A DNA stretch of 50,697 bases from Oscillospiraceae bacterium. GTDB taxonomy: Bacteria > Bacillota > Clostridia > Oscillospirales > Ruminococcaceae. Location of the stretch: positions 1-50,697 of the forward strand of contig JAAVIE010000027.1 of the NCBI GenBank assembly GCA_014799325.1, given 5' to 3'. A program made the position numbers and the translations under genes. The notes below the pieces were generated by a model. The model was not told the DNA's origin. It ran no database searches and saw only the letters and a program-made list of their open reading frames with translations. Below, piece by piece: positions 17,255 through 27,231 of the stretch; position 1 is the stretch's first letter, and every line of letters begins with the position of its first letter.

Positions 17255-20049
17255 TGAGACCTTTAAAATTAACAATGACGGGATTCGGCTCCTATGCGGG
17301 CAAAACGGTATTGGATCTGAACAAGCTGGGCGAAAAGGGATTGTATCTGATAACCGGAGATACCGGAGCGGGAAAAACAACTATATTTGACGCCATCACC
17401 TACGCCCTGTACGGCGAAGCAAGCGGCGACAACCGAGACGCGTCTATGCTCCGCTCAAAATATGCCTCAAAAGATACGCCTACCGAAGTAGAGCTTGTCT
17501 TTTCCTACCACAATAAGGAGTATACGGTAAAACGCAACCCCGGATATGAGCGTCCCAACATCCGCGGTGACGGCTACACCACACAGAAGCCGGGCGCATC
17601 TCTTATATATCCGAAAGATGAAAACAGACAGCCTGAAACAAGTATATCAAACGTTAACGAAGCCATTAAGGAGATCATGGGGATCGGCCGCGAACAATTT
17701 CTGCAGATAGCTATGATCGCTCAGGGAGACTTCCGCAAGCTGCTTCTTGCCAGCACCAAGGAAAGACAGGAAATTTTCCGCAAGCTATTTAATACCACCC
17801 TATACGAAAAACTGGAAAATAGGCTTGGTGAGGAAAAAAACAGTGCATATAAAAGCCTTGAAAGCGTCGATCAAAGCATAAAACAGTTTATCAAAGATAT
17901 CAAGGCAGACGAAAGCGACCCCGATCTCGGCGCAGAGGTGGAAAAAGCTAAAAGCGACAATCTTCCGCAAGCCGATATACTGCCCCTGATCGAAAAGCTG
18001 ATAGCAAAGGACACAAAGCTTGATAATGAGCTGAAGGAAAAGATCGAAAAAGCTAATAAACAATTAGATGAAGTAAACGGCAGGCTTGCTGTCATAGAAT
18101 CCCACGAGAAAACCAAACAACGCCTTGAGGAATCCGAAAAGGAGCTTTTCGACATAAAGGAAAAACTTCCGGGTCTGAAAGAGAAGTGGGAAAAAGAGCA
18201 AGCAAAAATACCCGAAACAGAAAATGCGCAAAAAGAAATAACAAAGATAGAGACCGAGTTTAAAAAATATGACGATCTTGACGCCCTCAAAAAAGAAATA
18301 GAGCAGCTTACCGAAACGATCAAAAAGAAAAATCAGAAAATAGATGAAAACAGATCCTTAAAAAACGATAGATCCAAGAACATTGACAGTTATAAAAAAG
18401 AGCGTGACAGACTTTCCACAGCAGGGGAAGAAATAGAGAAGCTGTTGGGAGAGCAGTCCACCGCCGAAGCTAAAGAAACAAGGCTAAAAAGCATTAGCGA
18501 TTCTCTCAAAAAATATCACGAAACAGAAAAAAACTTAAAAAAATTACAAGATGAGTATAAAGATATTTCCGAGAGGGCAGAGCTTGCCGATAAAGACTAC
18601 TCCAATAAAAACAAAGCCTTTCTCGACGAGCAGGCGGGAATAATGGCTGAGGAATTGAAGGAGGGAGAGCCTTGTCCCGTTTGCGGATCTCTTACTCACC
18701 CCGCCCCCGCCAATAAATCACAAAATGCCCCCGGCGAAGAAGAACTGAAAAAAGCAAAGTCAACCGCGGACAAGCTCCGGCAGCAAAGTGAAAGCAAATC
18801 TAAGGAATGCGCCTCCGAAAAGTCCAAATTGGATACGCAAAAAGAAACCATTGAAAATCAGATAGAGTCTGACAGTCTGAAAATTCCCTTTAATGAAGCG
18901 GACGGCCGCATCGAAGAAGAGCTTGAAAAGATAAAAGAAACAATAAGCGCTCTCAAATCCAAAATAGAAAAGGCAAACAAGGACAAGCAGCGTAAGTCCG
19001 AATTAGATGAATTGATCCCAAATGCAGAAAAGGAGCTTGAAGAGATCAACAGCCTGATCCAAGAAGGAGAAAAGAAAGTCGGAGAAGCAGAAGCTACGAA
19101 AAAAACAAAGGCTGAACAGTACGGCAAAGATAAACTCGATCTGAGCTTTGGCAGCAAAGCGGAAGCCGAGAAAAAACACAGAGAATTGCAGGAAACCGTC
19201 AAAGTACTGAAAGAGGCTTTAAAGCAAGCGGAAGATAATTACAACAATTCCGAAAAGAAAAAGGGAGAGTTGGAGGCAGCTGTCGCCGCATTGAAAGGAC
19301 AGCTTAACGATGTGACCGATCTTGACAAGGAGAAGGAGAAAGCGGAGAAGATCATAGACGACCTCTCTCTGCAAAGAAACAACGACATCGAACAGTCAAA
19401 GCAGGTACATACACGCATCGTTTCCAACAGATCCGCGCAGCAGAGCATAAAAGAAAAGTCCGACGAGCTTGAAAAATTGGAAAAGCGTTATCTGATGATA
19501 GAAAAGCTTTCAAACACCGCCAACGGAAGCTTAAGAAGTCAAGACAAGTTCAGCCTTGAAACCTATATACAGACCGTCTACCTTGACCGCATCACAGTCA
19601 ATGCCAATAAGCGCCTTATGGAAATGTCGGGAGGTCAGTACGAGCTAAAAAGGTGCACAGAATCCGGAAACAAACGCACCCAAATGGGATTGGATCTGAA
19701 TATCATCGATCATGACGATAACGGTGCCACCACCGAGCGAAACGTCAAGACCCTTTCGGGCGGCGAGTCCTTTATGGCAGCCCTTGCCCTTGCCCTCGGA
19801 CTTTCAGACGAGATACAGCGCTCGGCAGGCGGTATCCGGCTGGATACACTGTTTGTTGATGAGGGCTTCGGAAGCTTGGACAGCGAATCTCTGAACAACG
19901 CCCTTGGCGCATTGATCGAGGCTTCCAACGGCGAACGCCTTGTAGGTATCATTTCCCATGTGGAGGAGCTGAAAAACAGGATAGACAAACAGATCAATAT
20001 TACAAAAGATAAAAACGCAGGCGGCAGCCGTGCGGAAATAATCGTATAA
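17254..20049 (+). CDS. sbcC: SMC-family ATPase SbcC
   Basis: Walker A GDTGAGKTT, Q-loop IAQGDF, long coiled coil with CPVCG Zn hook, LSGGE, FVDEGFGSLD, IISH. Confidence 0.95.
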   Translation: MRPLKLTMTGFGSYAGKTVLDLNKLGEKGLYLITGDTGAGKTTIFDAITYALYGEASGDNRDASMLRSKYASKDTPTEVELVFSYHNKEYTVKRNPGYERPNIRGDGYTTQKPGASLIYPKDENRQPETSISNVNEAIKEIMGIGREQFLQIAMIAQGDFRKLLLASTKERQEIFRKLFNTTLYEKLENRLGEEKNSAYKSLESVDQSIKQFIKDIKADESDPDLGAEVEKAKSDNLPQADILPLIEKLIAKDTKLDNELKEKIEKANKQLDEVNGRLAVIESHEKTKQRLEESEKELFDIKEKLPGLKEKWEKEQAKIPETENAQKEITKIETEFKKYDDLDALKKEIEQLTETIKKKNQKIDENRSLKNDRSKNIDSYKKERDRLSTAGEEIEKLLGEQSTAEAKETRLKSISDSLKKYHETEKNLKKLQDEYKDISERAELADKDYSNKNKAFLDEQAGIMAEELKEGEPCPVCGSLTHPAPANKSQNAPGEEELKKAKSTADKLRQQSESKSKECASEKSKLDTQKETIENQIESDSLKIPFNEADGRIEEELEKIKETISALKSKIEKANKDKQRKSELDELIPNAEKELEEINSLIQEGEKKVGEAEATKKTKAEQYGKDKLDLSFGSKAEAEKKHRELQETVKVLKEALKQAEDNYNNSEKKKGELEAAVAALKGQLNDVTDLDKEKEKAEKIIDDLSLQRNNDIEQSKQVHTRIVSNRSAQQSIKEKSDELEKLEKRYLMIEKLSNTANGSLRSQDKFSLETYIQTVYLDRITVNANKRLMEMSGGQYELKRCTESGNKRTQMGLDLNIIDHDDNGATTERNVKTLSGGESFMAALALALGLSDEIQRSAGGIRLDTLFVDEGFGSLDSESLNNALGALIEASNGERLVGIISHVEELKNRIDKQINITKDKNAGGSRAEIIV

Positions 20050-20143
20050 AACGCGTACCTGAATTTATAAAGGCTCTCCTTTATAAAAACATAAACATAC
20101 CGCATCTTATACTGTGAAAAAGATATATCAAAAGAGGTAAACC

Positions 20144-21067
20144 ATGCAGCTTGATTACAAAGGCGACAAAGGCTTCCGCCTGCTGAACCTGTACGAACGC
20201 CTCAACAAAGGCGAGACCGTATCCAAAGAGACCCTCGCCAACGATTTCGGCGTTTCCCAAAAAACCATACAGAGAGACATTGACGACCTGCGCGCATACC
20301 TTGCTGAGACCCACTTTGACGAATACGGTACTGCCATAAAATACAGCAGGACAAAAGGCGGCTATTATCTGGTAAGACAGGAAAGGGAATGGTTCACCAA
20401 CGAGGAAATTTTAGCGCTGTGTAAAATTCTCCTGGAAAGCAGAGCCTTTTGCAAAAGCGAGATGTCGGCGGTGATCGGCAAGATCCTGATGCAGTCTGCC
20501 CCCAACGACCGAAGGCGGATAGACGATATTATCAGAAACGAATTTCAGTCATACATACCTGTTAAGCACGGGAAGCCGCTCCTTGACTCCCTTTGGAGGA
20601 TCTCGGATATGATACGTTCACGGAAGATCATAAAATTCCGATACGAAAGACAGGACAAAAAGGTCAGACAAAAAGAGGGCAAGCCTGTTGCAATAATGTT
20701 CTCGGAATTCTATTTTTATATGATCGCATTTATGACCGATGATCCTAAAAATATTCCCAATATCCCAATAGTATTTCGGGTAGACAGGATCAGCGAAATT
20801 GAAGAAACAGGGGAGACCTTTGAAATACCCTACAAGGACAGATTCAACGACGGAGAATTCAGAAAACGCGTACAGTTTATGTACTCGGGAGAGCTGAAAA
20901 CCGTCAGATTCAGATACAGCGGAGTTCTGGAAGCGATCCTTGACAGACTTCCCACAGCAAAAATACTGAGCGAGGATAACGGTACCTACACCATATCCGC
21001 AGAAACCTACGGCGACGGAATTTATATGTGGCTGAGAAGCCAGGGCGACAAGGCAGAAATTTTATAA
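20144..21067 (+). CDS. WYL domain-containing transcriptional regulator
   Basis: N-terminal wHTH (LANDFGVSQKTIQRDIDDLR), FSEFYFYMIA, FRVDRI. Confidence 0.9.
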   Translation: MQLDYKGDKGFRLLNLYERLNKGETVSKETLANDFGVSQKTIQRDIDDLRAYLAETHFDEYGTAIKYSRTKGGYYLVRQEREWFTNEEILALCKILLESRAFCKSEMSAVIGKILMQSAPNDRRRIDDIIRNEFQSYIPVKHGKPLLDSLWRISDMIRSRKIIKFRYERQDKKVRQKEGKPVAIMFSEFYFYMIAFMTDDPKNIPNIPIVFRVDRISEIEETGETFEIPYKDRFNDGEFRKRVQFMYSGELKTVRFRYSGVLEAILDRLPTAKILSEDNGTYTISAETYGDGIYMWLRSQGDKAEIL

Positions 21068-21162
21068 GCTATATAATCAGAAATAAGTGCAATATATCAA
21101 AGCAATAACGGCAAAAACCACTGCCGGCACGCAACCGACAATTAACAGCAAAGGAAACAGAA

Positions 21163-21870
21163 ATGAAAATCACAACGGCTCTTTTCGATCTTGACGGAAC
21201 ACTGCTCCCCATGGATAACGATGAATTTACAAAAAGCTACTTCACCCTGATCACACAGACCCTCGCTCCCCACGGATACAAGCCCGAGGAACTAATAAAA
21301 GCAATAATGACAGGGATAACCGCAATGGTGAAAAACGACGGCATACAAAGCAACGAAGCCGCATTCTGGAAAGCCTTTTCCAAAATATATGGAGAAAAAG
21401 TATTTGCCCACAAGCCGATCTTTGACGAGTTTTATAAAACCGCTTTTCAGAACGCAAAAGCCTCCTGCGGATATGACCCCAAAGCCGCCGAAGCTGTAAG
21501 GAAGCTGAAAGAGTCGGGATACCGCGTCATACTCGCCACCAACCCCATTTTCCCGGGCTATGCGGTGGAGAGCCGCCTGCGCTGGGCAGGGCTGTCTCCC
21601 AAGGATTTTGAGTGGTATACGTCTTATGAAAATATCGGCTTCTGCAAACCCAACCCCCGATACTACCAAGAGATCGTCAAAAGACTGAACGTATCTCCCG
21701 AAGAATGTATTATGATAGGCAACGACGTGACGGAGGACATGATCGCGCAAAGCTTGGGAATGAGGGTCTTTCTCCTTACACACTGTCTTATCAACAAGGA
21801 AAACAAGGATATTTCGGCTTTTCCGCATGGCAGCTTTGAGCAGCTGAATGACTACATCGCAAAATTATAA
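21163..21870 (+). CDS. HAD family hydrolase
   Basis: FDLDGTL, LATNP, KPNP, MIGND...D. Confidence 0.92.
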   Translation: MKITTALFDLDGTLLPMDNDEFTKSYFTLITQTLAPHGYKPEELIKAIMTGITAMVKNDGIQSNEAAFWKAFSKIYGEKVFAHKPIFDEFYKTAFQNAKASCGYDPKAAEAVRKLKESGYRVILATNPIFPGYAVESRLRWAGLSPKDFEWYTSYENIGFCKPNPRYYQEIVKRLNVSPEECIMIGNDVTEDMIAQSLGMRVFLLTHCLINKENKDISAFPHGSFEQLNDYIAKL

Positions 21871-21888
21871 AGGATCATAAAAAATAAT

Positions 21889-22014
21889 GGGCTGTAAAAA
21901 AGACAGCCCCTCAGCTTGTAGGAAAACCTCCCGTTGGTCGGTTTTCTTACAAGCTGAAATGCACAGTCTGTGAAAAGAACTGTGCATTTTTATTCTTATG
22001 ATTTTTTACAGCCC
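21889..22014. repeat. Nested inverted-repeat element (IS1182-type MITE-like / terminator complex)
   Basis: Outer GGGCTGTAAAAAA / TTTTTTACAGCCC; inner TCAGCTTGTAGGAAAACC / GGTTTTCTTACAAGCTGA; third hairpin AAATGCACAG / CTGTGCATTT. Confidence 0.65.
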
Positions 22015-22026
22015 AAAATGCAATAA

Positions 22027-22830
22027 TTAATTTCCTGAGCTTTTATAAAACCTGATCCCAAACCTCCAGAAAAGGTATGCCGCAAGATACATCACTATTC
22101 CCACAACAGGCGTTAAGTACATATAAATTTCGGAATAACTCATATCGCTTTTACGCAGCAGAAATTGTGCCGGAAAATAGTTTACAAAAGCAAAGGGCAT
22201 TACATAGATCATAATGATCTGTATCACTTTATTGAAAATGCTTATGGGATAACCCGCAAATTTGCGCATATTCCAGTAAAGAAGCTCTTTAAGACTATTG
22301 GTTTGCAGCATAAAGATATTCAATGCTGCCAGCGTCAGAAATACCGCACCCTGGATCAGGACCCCTCCCGCTATGGTGAAAATGTAATACAGCGCATTGG
22401 TCAAGTTCCAATGTATCCCTACCCTCCACGCGGAAAGCAAAAACAGCGTTATCCCCAATCCGCCGTGACCGAGAGCAGCAAACCAATCGGAGTTTACGAA
22501 AATTATCTGAAACAGCAGTCCCCGGGGGCGCAGAATAAATCTGTCAAAATTGCCGCTGCGGACGGTGTTGCCGAAATCGCGGAGCCCCGTAAAGAAAATT
22601 ATCATGATACCATAAGTGAGAAATAAAAGGCTGAACAGGAAAACCATTTCATAGATGTTCCAACCGTTTATACTGTCGAATTTCATCAGAGTGAACCAGA
22701 TCACAATAATTCCCGTAGCCTCGCGGAGAAATACCGCAAGAGACTTCAGAACCGCGTCAACACGGTATTGAAACCACGCTTTCGCAGTTGTTTTTGTATA
22801 CATACACATCAGGTGAAGAATGTCTTTCAT
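22027..22830 (-). CDS. ABC-2 family transporter permease (DUF990-like)
   Basis: QYRVD, GNFDRFILRP, YPISIF, PFAFVNYFP, YKSSGN C-terminus. Confidence 0.9.
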   Translation of the reverse strand: MKDILHLMCMYTKTTAKAWFQYRVDAVLKSLAVFLREATGIIVIWFTLMKFDSINGWNIYEMVFLFSLLFLTYGIMIIFFTGLRDFGNTVRSGNFDRFILRPRGLLFQIIFVNSDWFAALGHGGLGITLFLLSAWRVGIHWNLTNALYYIFTIAGGVLIQGAVFLTLAALNIFMLQTNSLKELLYWNMRKFAGYPISIFNKVIQIIMIYVMPFAFVNYFPAQFLLRKSDMSYSEIYMYLTPVVGIVMYLAAYLFWRFGIRFYKSSGN

Positions 22831-22831
22831 T

Positions 22832-23626
22832 TTACCCTCCCTGCACTATCAATTTTTTCTGTCCTTTTCTCCATAGAAGGTCGCCAAATAAATAGATCAC
22901 AATTATCCACGCCAACTGAATACCGCATTTCAATATGATCTCCTCAAAGGAAAGCTGTCCCAGATAGATCTGAACAGGCGTAAAATAAACCGACGAAAAG
23001 GGCATAAAATTCAAGACCGCGGTCAGCTCCTTGGGCATAAACCATAACGGTATCATAGACCCGGAAAGCACGTTTATAAACACATTCTTTATAGTGATAA
23101 GGCTCCAGATGTTTATGAGCCAGAACGCCGTCATCTGCACCGCAAAGCTGATCGTCCACAAAACGCCGAAGCCCAGTATGGCGCTTAAAACAAACAGAGC
23201 AAGCATTGCGGGACTTGCAGGGGGATTTACTCCCACCGTAAAAAGGGCGATAACAAGACAGGGCGTGAAACGAAACAGCAGGCTGAACAGCGCGTTCCCC
23301 GCATTTTCCGCGATCATTCTGCCCTTAAAGCTGATAGGGCGGAGAAATTCGGTGGCGATGCTGCCGTCCCAGATCTTGCTTGGGAGAAAGTAATCGTCGG
23401 GAGAGAAAACCGCGCCCAGTCCCATTGACAGAATGAAGTTTGTGGTCACCATAGGCATAGTGATCCCGTCAATATCCGTGCTTGTGCCGTAAAGTGCCTT
23501 GTAAATTTCCCAAAATATAAAAAATTGCAGGCAAGTTGAAATTATTCCCATAATGTTGTCAAAGCGATATGCCGAGCGGTTTAAAAAACTCTTTTTAGCA
23601 TAGGTAAGATAGGGTGAGAGCCTCAT
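22832..23626 (-). CDS. ABC-2 family transporter permease (DUF990-like)
   Basis: AYRFD, DGSIATEFLRP, LSGSMIPLWFMP, IVQGG C-terminus. Confidence 0.9.
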   Translation of the reverse strand: MRLSPYLTYAKKSFLNRSAYRFDNIMGIISTCLQFFIFWEIYKALYGTSTDIDGITMPMVTTNFILSMGLGAVFSPDDYFLPSKIWDGSIATEFLRPISFKGRMIAENAGNALFSLLFRFTPCLVIALFTVGVNPPASPAMLALFVLSAILGFGVLWTISFAVQMTAFWLINIWSLITIKNVFINVLSGSMIPLWFMPKELTAVLNFMPFSSVYFTPVQIYLGQLSFEEIILKCGIQLAWIIVIYLFGDLLWRKGQKKLIVQGG

Positions 23627-24612
23627 ATCTTCGCCCCCTTTTTGGTATAAATATTTTGTATGATTGTTTCAATATCAGGTTCGGATATGTTGATATCCCT
23701 AACATTATACTCGCTTAAAATTCTGTTCATAAGCTCGTTTATCTGCACCTTGGCATTGTCGAAGGTAAAGCGTATTTTGTTGTTTTCAAGATCTTCCGCA
23801 ATAACATTTTCAAAGCTCGGTAAATCGACCTTTTCAGAAAAGGCAACATCAAGGCGGCGTGTGGTGCCGTACATTTCACGCAGCCCGCTTAAAGCGCCAT
23901 CATATATTTTTTCTCCCTCGTTGATTATTATAAGGCGGCGGCAGGTCTTTTCAATATCGCGCATATCGTGGGTGGTAAAAATCATTGTCACATTGTCCTG
24001 TTCGTTCAGCTCGCGGATAAAGGTGCGGATCGTTTCCTTTCCCACAACATCAACGCCTATGGTGGGCTCGTCAAAAAATACTATCTCGGGCGAGTGAAGC
24101 AGCGCAGCCACAATATCCGCCCTCATTCGCTGTCCCAAGGAAAGCTGCCTTACAGGCTGACCTATAAAGCCGCCCATATCCAGCATTTCCGTAAAGCGGT
24201 CAAGGTTTTTCCTGTAGACATCATCGGGTACGCTGTATATGGCTTTCAGCAGCTCAAAGCTGTCTATCACAGGCAGATCCCATTGAAGCTGGGACTTTTG
24301 CCCGAACACAACGCCGATCTTTCCCACATAAGCCTTGCGCTGTTTGTAGGGAATATAACCGCCCACATTTATTTCCCCGCTGTTTGGGTGGAGGATCCCC
24401 GAAAGCATTTTTACGGTTGTGGATTTTCCCGCACCGTTGGGGCCGATAAACCCCACCGCTTCACCTTTTTCGATATTGAAGCTGATATTTTTCACAGCCT
24501 CCTTTTTCTCGTATTTCGGTACAAAAAAATTTGCCGCGGCTCCGATGACTCCCGCTCTGCGGCGGCTTACCTTAAAGGTTTTGCTTACGTTTTTTACTTC
24601 AATAAAATTCAT
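23623..24612 (-). CDS. ABC transporter ATP-binding protein
   Basis: GPNGAGKST, LSLGQRMR, FFDEPT, TTHD. Confidence 0.95.
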   Translation of the reverse strand: MNFIEVKNVSKTFKVSRRRAGVIGAAANFFVPKYEKKEAVKNISFNIEKGEAVGFIGPNGAGKSTTVKMLSGILHPNSGEINVGGYIPYKQRKAYVGKIGVVFGQKSQLQWDLPVIDSFELLKAIYSVPDDVYRKNLDRFTEMLDMGGFIGQPVRQLSLGQRMRADIVAALLHSPEIVFFDEPTIGVDVVGKETIRTFIRELNEQDNVTMIFTTHDMRDIEKTCRRLIIINEGEKIYDGALSGLREMYGTTRRLDVAFSEKVDLPSFENVIAEDLENNKIRFTFDNAKVQINELMNRILSEYNVRDINISEPDIETIIQNIYTKKGAKI

Positions 24613-24613
24613 T

Positions 24614-25501
24614 CTAACTCCCTCTTAATTGCGAAATTACATCTTCAAGATCAGGCTTTTTTATGCTGACCTCGGACAGGTCGGTCTGCCCCGTGACTGT
24701 CCTCAAGATTTCCGCTGCGGTTATATGGTTGGAGTTGTATGATAACAAAATTGCATTATCCCTTACAGAGTATTTCTTCAAGGGCAGATCTTCAAGATCG
24801 GGGATCTTTCCCCCGGTTTTCAATGTCATTGTGTCTATGGGAGTATAGCGGCTTCGCAGATTTTCCATACTGCCGTAAAAAACAAGCTCCCCCTTATCAA
24901 GCATGGCAATTCTGCTGCAGATTTTTGACACGCTTGCCATATCGTGAGAGGACAGAAAGGTCGTCATTCCCGCCTCTCGGCGTTCCGTAAGCAGTTGCCC
25001 GAGAACGGATTTTGCGTTCTCGTCAAGTCCTATATTCGGCTCATCGAGAATAAGCAGCTTAGGCTCATAGATCAGCGCCGCGCCTATCTCTGCACGCATA
25101 CGTTCCCCCAGTGAAAGATTTTTTACAAGCTCACTGTCATACTTCGAGAAGCTCAACCGTGCAGAAAGCGCTTCGTAACGTTTTGCGAATTCGCTTTTTG
25201 ATATTCCGTAAAGGCTTCTGATAATTTCAAAGCCTTGCAAAACGCTGTCATCACGGCAAAGAAGCGGCGTTCCCGCAATAAATACGCTTATTCTTTCCCG
25301 ATATAGATCTCTGTTTTTCACAGGATCTGTACCAAGGGTGAAAACTCTCCCCATTTCGGGCGCCAGCAGTCCGCAGGCGAGTTTTATCAGCGTTGTTTTT
25401 CCTGCTCCCGATTTTCCTATAAGTCCCACTGTTTCACCTTTCGGAATGTTCAGAGAAATACCTTTCAGAATGCGGCAGCTTACATTTTCAAAATTTATCA
25501 T
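24614..25501 (-). CDS. ABC transporter ATP-binding protein (second paralog)
   Basis: GKSGAGKTT, LSLGERMR, ILDEP, SSHD; start MINFEN after GGAGG. Confidence 0.9.
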   Translation of the reverse strand: MINFENVSCRILKGISLNIPKGETVGLIGKSGAGKTTLIKLACGLLAPEMGRVFTLGTDPVKNRDLYRERISVFIAGTPLLCRDDSVLQGFEIIRSLYGISKSEFAKRYEALSARLSFSKYDSELVKNLSLGERMRAEIGAALIYEPKLLILDEPNIGLDENAKSVLGQLLTERREAGMTTFLSSHDMASVSKICSRIAMLDKGELVFYGSMENLRSRYTPIDTMTLKTGGKIPDLEDLPLKKYSVRDNAILLSYNSNHITAAEILRTVTGQTDLSEVSIKKPDLEDVISQLRGS

Positions 25502-25517
25502 AGTTCCTCCTAAAAAA

Positions 25518-25546
25518 ATATACCACTTGCAAACTTGGTTTGCAAG
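25518..25546 (-). promoter_or_regulatory. Promoter TTGCAA-17-TATATT overlapped by palindrome CTTGCAAAC-N3-GTTTGCAAG
   Basis: Perfect 9-bp inverted repeat at 25526-25546 covering the -35 and spacer of the ABC operon promoter. Confidence 0.55.
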
Positions 25547-25566
25547 CGGCTTGGGACAAACAACAC

Positions 25567-26286
25567 TTATATCGGGATAAACACACAGGCGCAGAAAAAA
25601 CCGTCCTCCTCGTAAAAATCGCATAAGCCTTGATATTTTCCCGCAATGGCTTTGATTTGTGAAACGCCCATTCCGTGACGCTCTTTATCGGCTTTTTCGG
25701 TTGCCAGTTCGGGATTTTTTTCGAGAACGGAGTCTGTTATTTTATTTTTTACAAGTATAGTTTCATAGCCTCTGCGCGCCGCAATAATTACGTTTATTTC
25801 GGGCGCGTTTTCATTTTTGCACGCCTCTATGGCGTTGTCGAGAATATTGGAAAGCATTGCGGAAAAATCTATGCTCTCCATTTTGGCAAATGTGAGATTT
25901 TCGATCTCCGCCTTGACAGAAATACCCTTTTCCCGCGCTTTGTTCAGCTTTTCGTTGAGTATGTGGTTCATCAGTGAATTTCCGGTTTCCACATAGCTAT
26001 GGGCTGCGTTTAATTTATCAAGGATCTGCGAGGTGTATATTTTGGCAGAATCGTACTCCGCGGAATTCAGATAGGAAGCGATCACCATAAGATGATTTTT
26101 CATATCGTGCTTTATTCGGCGGACATTTTCGTGCAAAATGCGTATCTCATCATCCTGTTTCATGATCCTCTCGGAGGAGGCTTTTAATTCCGCAAGCTCA
26201 TATTCAAGCTCCGATTTTTTGCTTAAAAGCGCGCTGTATTTTTCTTTAAAAGCCTTTAATTCCTTTTCATATTCTTGCTTTTTCAT
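25567..26286 (-). CDS. GHKL (AgrC/SpoOB-type) histidine kinase lacking a membrane sensor
   Basis: IKHDMKNHL, SNILDNAIEA, HGMG; N-terminus is a charged coiled coil. Confidence 0.85.
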   Translation of the reverse strand: MKKQEYEKELKAFKEKYSALLSKKSELEYELAELKASSERIMKQDDEIRILHENVRRIKHDMKNHLMVIASYLNSAEYDSAKIYTSQILDKLNAAHSYVETGNSLMNHILNEKLNKAREKGISVKAEIENLTFAKMESIDFSAMLSNILDNAIEACKNENAPEINVIIAARRGYETILVKNKITDSVLEKNPELATEKADKERHGMGVSQIKAIAGKYQGLCDFYEEDGFFCACVFIPI

Positions 26287-26978
26287 TTGAGCATATACCT
26301 CATAAGCCGTTTTTTTGCATTTTCTCCGTAGCTTCTGCCGATAGGGAGCATCGTTCCGTCGATAAGCTCCGCCTTGTCAGAGCTTAGTATTTTTACCGCT
26401 GACTGATTTAAGAGAAAACCCTTGTGGACTCTCACAAATCCGCTCTCACACAGCCCGTTTTCCACCGCCGTAATGATGGTTTCGCGAAAGCGGTATTCTC
26501 CGTTTTTCGCAAAGAGCTTAAGATAATTTCCCTCTGCTTCAAAATACAAAATATCATCAAGGGGCAGCTTTATTTCGGAATTGTTGGCGTGAAAACAAAA
26601 ATGCTTTTCGCGGCTGTTTATTTCCTGCATACAATCGGCAAGGAGCTTCGGCAATTCTTTTTCAAGATGCCCTTTTCGCACAAAACCGAAGGGGTGGAAT
26701 TGCAGACTGTCATAAACCAACTCGTCATGGCTTGTTACAAAAATAAGCAGCGGTTTTTCGGAAAGGGATCCAAGCCTTGCGGCAATTTCAAGTCCGTTCA
26801 ATTCGGGCATATCAATATCGAGCAATAAGATATCGCACTTTGCCTCGGACAGTTTTTCAATAAGCCCGACGCCGTTTGAAAATGTTGATATCTCCGCCCC
26901 GTTAAGCTCCGAGCTTACCTTTTCGGCTATATCTGACAGCATTCTTGACTCGTCATCGCAAATAAAAACAGTTGGCAT
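26283..26978 (-). CDS. LytTR family response regulator
   Basis: ICDDE, LDIDMP, FVTSH, ILYFE, FVRVHKGFLLN, LPIGR. Confidence 0.93.
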   Translation of the reverse strand: MPTVFICDDESRMLSDIAEKVSSELNGAEISTFSNGVGLIEKLSEAKCDILLLDIDMPELNGLEIAARLGSLSEKPLLIFVTSHDELVYDSLQFHPFGFVRKGHLEKELPKLLADCMQEINSREKHFCFHANNSEIKLPLDDILYFEAEGNYLKLFAKNGEYRFRETIITAVENGLCESGFVRVHKGFLLNQSAVKILSSDKAELIDGTMLPIGRSYGENAKKRLMRYMLK

Positions 26979-27159
26979 GTTTGCTCCTTTCTGATGTTTT
27001 CTTTTATGCTTATTTTATCATATTTGAAAGGGGCGGTAAAGAGGTTTTGCTGTAAAAACAGTGTTTTTATCAGTTTGCTTTGTTATATTCAGAGAAATTC
27101 TCTTCTATTGTTCGGAAACGGTAAACTTGAAACTCGATAACAAAACGTTATTGGCTGTG

Positions 27160-27190
27160 TCAAAAATTGAGCCGCATAAAACAAAGAATA
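27160..27190 (+). repeat. 31-bp conserved site, copy 1 (TCAAAAATTGAGCCGCATAAAACAAAGAATA)
   Basis: Direct repeat also found at 35639, 36168 and 47464. Confidence 0.9.
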
Positions 27191-27231
27191 GACTAACGTA
27201 TTTTTTGACTATAATATAAATCAATGCTTCT

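Noticed and set aside
17254-20049. SMC protein as Wadjet/Lamassu component
   Set aside because: The CxxC zinc hook and adjacent Mre11-like nuclease identify SbcC; no jetABD or Lamassu effector genes are present.
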